NCBI GenBank assembly: GCA_020161265.1
Contig: JAIUOC010000003.1
Span: 299,024 to 363,023, forward strand
DNA from: Chloroflexota bacterium
GTDB taxonomy: Bacteria > Chloroflexota > Chloroflexia > Chloroflexales > Herpetosiphonaceae
Direction: 5' to 3'
DNA: 64,000 nucleotides
The notes under the pieces are model-generated. The model was not told where the DNA came from. It ran no database searches and saw only the letters and a list, made by a program, of their open reading frames with translations. Positions 40,890-49,107 of this stretch are shown in pieces. How positions within the stretch are numbered: position 1 is the first letter of the stretch; every line of letters begins with the position of its first letter. The position numbers and the translations under genes are program-made.

Positions 40890-41575
40890 TGATTTGTAGC
40901 GCGTGCCAAGCCAACGTTCGGGATACAGCTCAGCATTGTACTACCTGTGGCGCAAAAATTAATCAGCCAAGTGCCGCAACTGGACCATTGCCACAAGCCA
41001 AGGTAGCCAAGCCACGGCGGCGCTGGGTTAAATCGTGGTGGAGCTTTATTCTGGGCGTTTTAAGTACAGGCTTGATCTTGCCGCTCATCGGGATTATCGC
41101 TTTGTGGATTTTTGGCGGCACGAATGCGGCTCGCACACCATCGCCAGTGCCCGATGAACGCCCCGATATCAGCGTCGATATTGATCATAGCTATATCGAA
41201 CAAGCGATTGCGACCAACCCCGATTTTCAAAATCCCCAAGTGATTTTGGGCAATCATCCCAAGGGCGGCGTGGCAATGACCGTCACGCTAGGCTACCCGT
41301 TGCCCTTGGTTGGTGTGCAAGATATTCAAGCCCGTACCCAAATTGCCGCGATCGATGGTAAGTTGGTGGTAACAACCGAGAATGTTGGCTTAGGCGAAAA
41401 TGGTCGGCTGAGTATTCCAGGCTCGGTGATTGAAAATATGCTTAGCTCAACCCTCAACGAAGAGATTGATAAGCGCCTGCGTTCAAATCCACAGCTGGAG
41501 ATTGCGATTATCAACACAAGTACCACTAATCAGGTCTTGCGGGTAGCCGCAATTATCACCACCAAACCAAAGTAA
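40890..41575 (+). CDS. Hypothetical membrane-anchored protein with an N-terminal zinc ribbon
   Basis: 'MICSACQANVRDTAQHCTTCGAKI' (CxxC...CxxC), one TM helix, and a periplasmic C-terminal domain. GGAGG RBS. Confidence 0.45.
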
Positions 41576-41621
41576 AACCCTTCTCCCATAATCGAGAGAA
41601 GGGTTTGCTTGGCAAGTTTGG

Positions 41622-42227
41622 TTATTCGGTAACCTCAACCTCGATTAAAAAGAGTTGGTTGGGGTCAGCAGTCTCAAAGCCACGCTGATACGCCAAGGCA
41701 AAACTGCCTGAGCCAACTTCGACCGCTTGGAAATAGAAGGTTTCGGTGCCGCCAGAGCCTGGTTTCGGATTTGGATCTGAGGATTGAAATTGCGCTGCGC
41801 CTTGTTGCTGCAACAGTTTGCCAGCATCAGGGCCAGTGCTCCAAGCAAAGCCCGTGCTGGGGTTGCTGTCCAGCACAATTTCGATGATCTCGCCTTTTTT
41901 TAGGGTAATTTTGCTATTGTTATCTTGCATGGTCAGCCGCTTGACGCTGGCATCGCTGCTTGCTTGATTTTGGCTGGTTGGGCGACATTCGCCACGCTGA
42001 AAGGCCCATTCTTCACATTCGCTGCCATCGGGAAAGCCACAAAAACCCGTTTGATTGCCAGCTGCATCTTGGCGAATACTCAGCGTGCCCCCGTTTTGCG
42101 TACAAAATGCCGAAGCAGGATTGACCATATTGGCTGCAGGCACGGCGGTTGGTTGATTCGCGCCACAAGCGATCAAGAGACTCGCGCACAGCCCAAGGCC
42201 CAAACCGAGAATTGATTGACGGATCAT
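41622..42227 (-). CDS. Lipoprotein with a DUF333-like Cys-rich module and a chagasin/I42-like peptidase-inhibitor module
   Basis: Lipobox 'LLIAC'. 'FCTQNGG...GFCGFPDGSECEEWAF..GEC'. 'NPSTGFAWS' chagasin-like motif. Confidence 0.55.
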   Translation of the reverse strand: MIRQSILGLGLGLCASLLIACGANQPTAVPAANMVNPASAFCTQNGGTLSIRQDAAGNQTGFCGFPDGSECEEWAFQRGECRPTSQNQASSDASVKRLTMQDNNSKITLKKGEIIEIVLDSNPSTGFAWSTGPDAGKLLQQQGAAQFQSSDPNPKPGSGGTETFYFQAVEVGSGSFALAYQRGFETADPNQLFLIEVEVTE

Positions 42228-42338
42228 GTATTTTAGCTCCATTGCCAGATTTCCACGGGAGAACGTTCTCGTTGTTTGCAATTGCACTAGTCTAACGTGC
42301 TAGCTAGCTAGATTGTTCCCAATCTGGTAAGAGCATTT

Positions 42339-42740
42339 TTAAGCTTGGGCGATAATCCAAGCCCATTGTTCGGGGCTGCATGGCACAACCGAAAGCCGCG
42401 ATTGGCGCACCAAGGCCCAATCAGCCAAACTAGGCTCGGCTTTGATTTGGGCTAAACTTACGGGCTGAGCAAGCGGGCCAACTGGCTCAATTTCAACTAC
42501 AACATGCTTAGGATTCTCGCTATTGGGGTCGGGGTAGGCGGTGCGACTAATCCGCGCAATTCCAACTGCGGCTCGTACATCGCCGCTGTGATAGATCAAA
42601 CATTGGTCATCAAGCTGCATGGCACGGAGATTAATCAAGGCTTGGGCGTTGGTTACGCCATTCCAAACCGTCGAACCATCGCGCAGCAAATCTTCCCAGC
42701 TAAACTCGTTTGGCTCAGTTTTGAGCAACCAAAACGCCAT
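42339..42740 (-). CDS. EVE (PUA-like) domain protein
   Basis: 'MAFWLLKTEPNEFSWEDL' is a typical EVE N-terminus. AAGGAG RBS. Confidence 0.7.
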   Translation of the reverse strand: MAFWLLKTEPNEFSWEDLLRDGSTVWNGVTNAQALINLRAMQLDDQCLIYHSGDVRAAVGIARISRTAYPDPNSENPKHVVVEIEPVGPLAQPVSLAQIKAEPSLADWALVRQSRLSVVPCSPEQWAWIIAQA

Positions 42741-42810
42741 GTATATGCTCCTTAACTCAAAAGCACGGATGGCAACAACCACCCGTGCTCAAACCTGTGG
42801 TTAATCAGGC

Positions 42811-43413
42811 TTACTTATCGTTTTCAGCGACTTTGTTCCAATCCAACACTTCCCACCACGTTTTGATGTAGTCGGGGCGGCGGTTTTGGTAGCGCAAGTA
42901 GTAAGCGTGTTCCCAAACATCTAAGCCCAACAAGGGGGTTTGGCCTTCCATGACTGGTGAGTCTTGGTTGGCGGTGCTAGTTACGGCCAATTTACCTTCG
43001 CTGGTGCGCACCAACCAAGCCCAGCCTGAGCCGAAGCGAGTGGTTGCAGCTTTGGCAAATTGTTCCTTGAAGTCATCAAGTGAGCCAAAGGTCGCGTTGA
43101 TTTCATCGCCAAGTTTGCCGGTTGGTTCACCGCCGCCATTTGGGCTGAGAATGTTCCAGAACAAGCTGTGGTTGGCATGGCCACCGCCGTTATTGCGCAC
43201 AGCGGTGCGAATATCTTCGGGCAAACTGTTCAAATCGCTGATCAACTCGTGCAATGATTTGCTTTGCAATTCGGGATATTTTTCCAAGGCAGCGTTGAGG
43301 TTATTCACATAGGCAGCATGGTGCTTGCCATGGTGAATTTCCATGGTTTGCGCATCGATTGCTTTTTCTAAGGCATCGGTTGCATAGGGCAACGCTGGCA
43401 GTTCAAAAGCCAT
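42811..43413 (-). CDS. sodA: Superoxide dismutase [Mn/Fe]
   Basis: '[10 protein letters not shown]...[14 protein letters not shown]' and 'DVWEHAYYL'. Confidence 0.9.
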   Translation of the reverse strand: MAFELPALPYATDALEKAIDAQTMEIHHGKHHAAYVNNLNAALEKYPELQSKSLHELISDLNSLPEDIRTAVRNNGGGHANHSLFWNILSPNGGGEPTGKLGDEINATFGSLDDFKEQFAKAATTRFGSGWAWLVRTSEGKLAVTSTANQDSPVMEGQTPLLGLDVWEHAYYLRYQNRRPDYIKTWWEVLDWNKVAENDK

Positions 43414-43693
43414 TGTATGGACTCCTTTTGATCTCAAGGATGCGACTTTGCACGCATCAACACACGGTTCCCACTTCTATTGTAGCAGAAGTTGGGCCAT
43501 GCTTGATGCACAATCTTGGGCACATTTGGAATCATGGGGATCGGGGATCGGTTGCTGGGGGTCAGGGATCAGAGATCAGGGATCAGAAATACTGAAACCG
43601 CGAAGAACGCGAAGATCGCGAAGGCTGGAGATCGGAAATCAAACAGCTTTAGGTTGATCAGGCAACCACTGCAAATCAAAAATTGAACTTTAT

Positions 43694-43751
43694 GCAGGGG
43701 GATGAAAACCCACTGCGTTTCCCTCCGGTGGAGGGACGGAAGGGTGGCGAA
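43694..43751 (+). repeat. Copy A of a conserved two-hairpin ~58-nt element (a possible structured RNA)
   Basis: Sequence gcagggggatgaaaacccactgcgtttccctccggtggagggacggaagggtggcgaa is matched at 63257-63314. Confidence 0.6.
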
Positions 43752-43862
43752 ACGATGAGTTCGTTCTCAAGCACCCAATTGGCTAAAATGTGTTAAGCTT
43801 AATCCCAACGATGATTAATCCCATGCAATCCCAATTGCTACCACAATAGATGTAGGAACTTC

Positions 43863-46388
43863 ATGAGCGAACAACGCCGTTTTTCCAAGCCCGAAGTGAT
43901 GAGTCCGGCGGGCTATTGGCCGCAGTTGCACGCCGCAATCGAAGCAGGTGCAGATGCGGTTTATTTTGGTTTGAAGCATTTTACCGCCCGTGCCAAGGTG
44001 GGTTTTACGCTCAGCGAGTTGCCCGACGTGATGCGTACCCTGCATCAACGTGGTGTGCGCGGCTTTGTGACCTTCAATACCTTGGTGTTCGAACACGAAT
44101 TGCGCGAAGCCACCCGCTCGTTGGCAGCGATTGCCGAGGCTGGAGCCGATGCGGTGATTGTGCAAGATATTGGCATCGCCCAGCTTGCCCGCCAAATCGC
44201 CCCCGAAATGGAAGTGCATGGCAGCACCCAAATGAGCATCACCAGCGCTGAAGGGGTTGACTTAGCGCGGCGGTTTGGAGCTAATCGGGTGGTTTTGGCC
44301 CGTGAATTATCGCTTGCTGAAATTGCGGCAATTCGCCAAGCCACCGATTGCGAGCTAGAAATGTTTGTCCATGGGGCGTTGTGTGTCTCATATTCTGGCC
44401 AATGTTTCTCCTCAGAAGCTTGGGGCGGGCGCAGTGCCAATCGTGGCCAATGTGCTCAAGCTTGTCGTTTGCCCTACCAATTGTTGGTTGATGGCAAACA
44501 TAAACCCTTGGCCGATGCCCGGTATTTGCTCTCGCCAGGCGATTTGTATGCTGTGCCCTTGATGCACGATATTATCAAATTGGGCATTTCGTCGCTGAAA
44601 ATCGAAGGCCGCTACAAAGATGCCGATTATGTGGCCTTGACTACCAGCGCCTATCGCAAGGCGGTTGATGAGGCTTGGGCTGGCTTGCCCTTGAGCATCA
44701 CGCCCGCCGAAGAGTTGCAATTAGAGCAAGTCTATTCGCGTGGCTTAGGCACATTTTTCATCGGCGGAACCAATCATCAAACCGTGGTCAATGGCCGTGC
44801 GCCGCGTCACCGTGGCGTATTAATCGGTATGGTCAGCGATATCTATGGCGAACGGATTGTGCTCAAGCCCCACGAAAATCATGCTATTGCCCCGCTCAAG
44901 GCTGGCGATGGCGTAGTGTTTGATGCCGCCAATTGGCGCAGCCCTGAAGAACGTGAAGAAGGTGGGCGAATTTATGGCATCGAAGCCTTGCCAACTGGCG
45001 AAATTGAGCTACGTTTCGGCCCGCAAGCGATCAAACCCAACCGCATTCGCATTGGCGATTTGATTTGGCGTAGCCACGACCCTGAGCTTGATCGCGCTGC
45101 TAAGCCGTTTTTAGAGGCCGCCGCGCCTGTCGCCAAACAACCTTTGCAGGTGCATGTTGTAGCCCACGAAGGCCAGCCTTTACAATTAACCTGGACGGTC
45201 AGCAATTATCCTCAATTCAGCGTAACCGTGCAATCGCCTGAGCCATTGCCATGCTCACAAAACCGCGCCTTGACCAATGAATTTCTGTTTGATCAAGCCA
45301 GTCGTTTGGGCAACACCGCCTACAGTTTGGCCGAAATGAGCGTCGATATTAGTGGCCAGCCGTTTGTGCCAAGTTCGTTGCTGAACAACCTGCGCCGCCA
45401 AGCAATCGAGCAACTTAGTGCGTTGCAAGCCGCCGCACCAACGCGCCAGATTCAAGCGCCACTTGAGGTTTTGGCCCAAGCGCAACAAGCGGTTCAAGTA
45501 GCACCAAGCCTCAGCAATGCTCCCCAATTGCATATTTTGGTGCGCACGCCTGAGCAATTGCAAGCTGCGATCGCCGCCAAACCAGCCAGCATCACCCTCG
45601 ATTATTTGGAATTGTATGGCTTGAAGCCAGCGGTTGAATTAGTTCAAGCTCATGGAATTACGGTGCGCGTGGCTAGCCCACGGGTGCTCAAACCTAGCGA
45701 GCAGCGGATTATTCACTTTTTGCTCAAGCTTGGCTGCGAAATTGTAGTCCGTTCAACGGGCTTGCTCGAAGCCTTGCGCCAAGAACAACACCCAGCCTTG
45801 ATTGGCGATTTCAGCCTGAATGCCGCCAATAGCATTACCGCCAACACCTTGCTCGAATTAGGCTTAGAGCGGATTACGCCGACCCACGATTTGAATGCGG
45901 CCCAAGTTGCGGCCTTGGCTGAGCAATTGGGTAGTGCAGCGGTTGAAGTGATCGCCTATCAACATTTGCCTGTATTTCATACCGAGCATTGCGTGTTTTG
46001 CCGTTTTCTCTCGAATGGCACAAGCTTCAAAGATTGCGGCCATCCCTGCGAGAAGCATCGGGTCGAGTTACGCGATCTGAATGGGCGGGCGCATCCAGTA
46101 ATGGCCGATGTTGGCTGTCGCAATACGGTTTTTGGGGCTGAAGCTCAAACGGCTGTGGAGCATCTTGATGCCTGGCGAGCCGCTGGCATTGTGCATTATC
46201 GCTTGGAATTTGTGCACGAAACTGCTGAACAAGTAGAGGCAATTATTGCCGCCTTTGATCGCACGTTGCAAGGCCAGCAACCAAGCAGTGTTTTGGCCGA
46301 GCAATTGCGCAAGGCAGCGCCGCAGGGCATCACCCAAGGCAGCTTGTTTATTCCCAACGATTATCTGCGCGTACCGTTGATGCAGTAG
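43863..46388 (+). CDS. U32 family peptidase (long form)
   Basis: N-terminal 'AGADAVYFGLKHFTAR' and 'EGRYKDADYV', with a conserved Cys cluster at the C-terminus. Confidence 0.8.
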   Translation: MSEQRRFSKPEVMSPAGYWPQLHAAIEAGADAVYFGLKHFTARAKVGFTLSELPDVMRTLHQRGVRGFVTFNTLVFEHELREATRSLAAIAEAGADAVIVQDIGIAQLARQIAPEMEVHGSTQMSITSAEGVDLARRFGANRVVLARELSLAEIAAIRQATDCELEMFVHGALCVSYSGQCFSSEAWGGRSANRGQCAQACRLPYQLLVDGKHKPLADARYLLSPGDLYAVPLMHDIIKLGISSLKIEGRYKDADYVALTTSAYRKAVDEAWAGLPLSITPAEELQLEQVYSRGLGTFFIGGTNHQTVVNGRAPRHRGVLIGMVSDIYGERIVLKPHENHAIAPLKAGDGVVFDAANWRSPEEREEGGRIYGIEALPTGEIELRFGPQAIKPNRIRIGDLIWRSHDPELDRAAKPFLEAAAPVAKQPLQVHVVAHEGQPLQLTWTVSNYPQFSVTVQSPEPLPCSQNRALTNEFLFDQASRLGNTAYSLAEMSVDISGQPFVPSSLLNNLRRQAIEQLSALQAAAPTRQIQAPLEVLAQAQQAVQVAPSLSNAPQLHILVRTPEQLQAAIAAKPASITLDYLELYGLKPAVELVQAHGITVRVASPRVLKPSEQRIIHFLLKLGCEIVVRSTGLLEALRQEQHPALIGDFSLNAANSITANTLLELGLERITPTHDLNAAQVAALAEQLGSAAVEVIAYQHLPVFHTEHCVFCRFLSNGTSFKDCGHPCEKHRVELRDLNGRAHPVMADVGCRNTVFGAEAQTAVEHLDAWRAAGIVHYRLEFVHETAEQVEAIIAAFDRTLQGQQPSSVLAEQLRKAAPQGITQGSLFIPNDYLRVPLMQ

Positions 46389-46416
46389 TGAGCAAGGGGT
46401 CAGGGGCTAGTTGTCA

Positions 46417-46457
46417 GGGGTCAGAAAAAGTAGAGCTAATTCTTAATTTCTGACCCC
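46417..46457. terminator. Bidirectional stem-loop between convergent genes
   Basis: ggggtcagaaa (46417-27) and tttctgacccc (46447-57) form a perfect 11-bp stem with a 19-nt loop. It lies between the U32 stop and the hydrolase stop. Confidence 0.5.
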
Positions 46458-46481
46458 TAGCCTCTGAATCCTAGTCTCCAC

Positions 46482-47366
46482 TTACAAATAGCGCTCGAAA
46501 AACTCGGCGACTCGTTTGACATAGGCTGGGCGATCAGCGAAATACGCTCCGCAATGTGGCATGTCTTCAACAATCCACAGTTCTTTCGGGCCTTGGGCGG
46601 CGGCATACAAATCGTAGGCATCAACCACGGGAATCACCGTATCACCTGTGCAATGAATGACCAGCAATGGCCGTTGCCCATAGCGAATCAAGGCCTCGAT
46701 TGGCCGCACGGCCTCAAAGCGATAGCCATAACGTTGAGCAGTAATGTGGTCGGCTAAAGCTCGCAATGGGCGACGCGGCAAACGCCGATTAGCCAAAGCA
46801 AAATCAACCAAATTGGCCATTTCGGCAAAGCTACTATCAGCAACGACCGCCTTAACCGCTGGCTGATTGGCGCTGCCCAACAGGCTAACCGCTGCACCCA
46901 TCGAATAGCCAATTACCCCAATTTGCGCTTCAGGCAAGCGTGATTCAACATACTTGATCGCGCCATGCAAATCGCCAACCTCGTGATAGGCCAGCGAACA
47001 GATCGAATCATCGCTCTCGCCACGCCCGCGAAAATCGAAAATCAATACATTCATGCCTGCTCGCCACAAGCCTGAACCAATGCCGAGCAACTCGTCTTTG
47101 CGGCCCCGATGGCCATGGCAGCCAATCACAACCCGCTTGCTTTCAAGTCGGCCAAGCCACCAAGCACGAATTTGTAAGCCATCGACCGAATCAAACCGAA
47201 CTTCTTCCCAATCGACCCCGGTTTCAAATGGCGTGAAAGCAAATAGCGTTTCACGTTTGAGCGCGGCAGTTGGGCCACTTAACCGATGGGCGGCATAGGC
47301 CGCAATGCCAGCAAGCGCACTGGCGGCGGCACTCAAGCCAGCCCCAAGCCATAATTTGCGTTTCAT
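46482..47366 (-). CDS. Alpha/beta hydrolase fold protein
   Basis: Nucleophile elbow 'GYSMGAA' and the 'HGHRGRK' region. N-terminal signal or TM segment. Confidence 0.7.
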   Translation of the reverse strand: MKRKLWLGAGLSAAASALAGIAAYAAHRLSGPTAALKRETLFAFTPFETGVDWEEVRFDSVDGLQIRAWWLGRLESKRVVIGCHGHRGRKDELLGIGSGLWRAGMNVLIFDFRGRGESDDSICSLAYHEVGDLHGAIKYVESRLPEAQIGVIGYSMGAAVSLLGSANQPAVKAVVADSSFAEMANLVDFALANRRLPRRPLRALADHITAQRYGYRFEAVRPIEALIRYGQRPLLVIHCTGDTVIPVVDAYDLYAAAQGPKELWIVEDMPHCGAYFADRPAYVKRVAEFFERYL

Positions 47367-47368
47367 AA

Positions 47369-48844
47369 CTACTCGATACTAAAAACCATTTCAACATCAC
47401 CAATCCGAATCCGGTCACCAGGCCGCAGATGGTGCGGTTGATAGGCAGTCATTGGCACGCCATTGATGCTTGTGCCATTGATGCTGCCCAAATCAATTAA
47501 TAAATGATGATCACCCTGTTGTTCGATCACGGCATGGCGGCGCGAGGCCACACCCCGATCATGCTCAGCCAAATCGATCTCAGGATGATGATTTTGCGCC
47601 GGATCACGCCGCCCAATTCGGCAAGGAAAGTGGGTTAATGCCAATTCCCACACAGCGCGGGGCGAAGTAATCACTAGCTTGGGCACAGCCCGTTTGATTG
47701 CCGCGCCACAACCAGCGCAAAACCGCGCATTAGGTTTATTCATGCGGCCACATTGATCGCAAATTGGGCCATTAGCCTGGGGCGGCGGCGACCAAGCTGG
47801 GGTTTGGACGGGCGGTGCCCACGATGGGGCTGGCTGTGGCACAGGTTGCGGCATTGGCTGTTGATATTGTGGCGGACTGGGATTGCCCCAAGCTGGCGCA
47901 GGGTTTGGGTTCGGATTACCCCAGGCTGGCGCAGGGTTTGGATTGGGATTATTGAAAACTGGTGCTGGCATCGACATCATGGTTGGATCATCGCGCTTAT
48001 CGGGCACAATCACCCCACGATCAACCGCCAACAATGCTTGCTCAAACGAAGCCATGGTCTGAAAGCGCTTCTCGCGATCCATTGCCATCGACCGAATAAT
48101 CACCTGCTCCATCTCTGGGGTAACCGATTGATTATGTTTGATCAGCGAGCCATCTTTGGGAGTTTGCAGCGGCACAGGTGGCAGGTTAGTCAACATATGC
48201 AGCAAGGTTGCGCCCAAGGCATAAATATCAGCCCGCGCATCAGTTTGGCCCTTGCCATATTGCTCAGGTGGCGCATAGCCAGCCGACCCCATAGCCACGG
48301 TATCTTTACTTTTATTGGTTTTGTAGGTTCGCGCCACGCCAAAATCGATCAGCTTAATAATGCCTTCAGGCGTGAGCATCACATTCGGCGGCTTCATATC
48401 ACGAAAAATAATTGGGGGATTTTGGCTATGCAAATAATTAAGCACACGAGCAATCTGCACGCCCCAATTCAGCACATCACGTTGAAAAAATGGCGCGTTC
48501 ATTTCACGCTGCTTATCTTCAAGCGTTTTGCCTTGGACAAACTCCATCACCAGCGTGGGGCGACCAGCCTGCTCAAATGAATCGACCACTTTGGGCAAGT
48601 TGGGATGATCGAGCGTTTGCAATAATTGCGCTTCTTGGTCAAAGAGCTTGCGATTTTCGGCAATTTCCTCGGGAGCGGCCTCGGCTGGTGGGCGCATCTC
48701 TTTAACCGCCCAGGTTGAGCCATCGCTGAGGCGCTCGCCACGATAGACCGCGCCCATGCCCCCGCGCCCGATGATGCCGAGAATCCGATATTGATCGTGT
48801 TGTCCTTGAAGGATCGTGCCATCAGGCAGCAAATCAGCAAACAC
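47369..48844 (-). CDS. Ser/Thr protein kinase with a Pro-rich repeat linker, a zinc ribbon and a C-terminal FHA domain
   Basis: Kinase motifs 'AVKEM', 'FRDMKPPNV' and 'DFG'. '(NPNPNPAPAWG)x2'. 'CDQCGR...CAGCG'. FHA-like C-terminus '...RRHAVIE...GSINGTSINGV'. Confidence 0.8.
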   Translation of the reverse strand: MFADLLPDGTILQGQHDQYRILGIIGRGGMGAVYRGERLSDGSTWAVKEMRPPAEAAPEEIAENRKLFDQEAQLLQTLDHPNLPKVVDSFEQAGRPTLVMEFVQGKTLEDKQREMNAPFFQRDVLNWGVQIARVLNYLHSQNPPIIFRDMKPPNVMLTPEGIIKLIDFGVARTYKTNKSKDTVAMGSAGYAPPEQYGKGQTDARADIYALGATLLHMLTNLPPVPLQTPKDGSLIKHNQSVTPEMEQVIIRSMAMDREKRFQTMASFEQALLAVDRGVIVPDKRDDPTMMSMPAPVFNNPNPNPAPAWGNPNPNPAPAWGNPSPPQYQQPMPQPVPQPAPSWAPPVQTPAWSPPPQANGPICDQCGRMNKPNARFCAGCGAAIKRAVPKLVITSPRAVWELALTHFPCRIGRRDPAQNHHPEIDLAEHDRGVASRRHAVIEQQGDHHLLIDLGSINGTSINGVPMTAYQPHHLRPGDRIRIGDVEMVFSIE

Positions 48845-49107
48845 AGTTTCCCCCGCCGCTACATGATTGCGTAGCCTGTATTATCAACGATTGATACGCC
48901 AAAAGTCAAAGGGTTGTGGCAACTATTAATCAACAATTAAGCAAAAAAACTCAACTTAGCTGCAAAAAAATCACGCCAAATTGCATCTATACCTAGTACA
49001 GGCTGTGCTTGACAATCCTTGGTAGGATAGGACGTATCTCCTAGCGTTCCACCAAGCCACACCAATATACCACTCTCTGTTGCCAATTAGTTCTCTGGGG
49101 AGTTGTA

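Noticed and set aside
48845-49107. Looked for a CRISPR repeat-spacer array (regularly spaced 28-40 bp direct repeats) upstream and downstream of the cmr genes and in every ORF-free stretch of the window
   Set aside because: No periodic direct repeats were found. The only tandem repeats are 13-bp x3 (29970-30008), 21-bp x3 (34020-34082) and word-like microsatellites, none with unique spacers.
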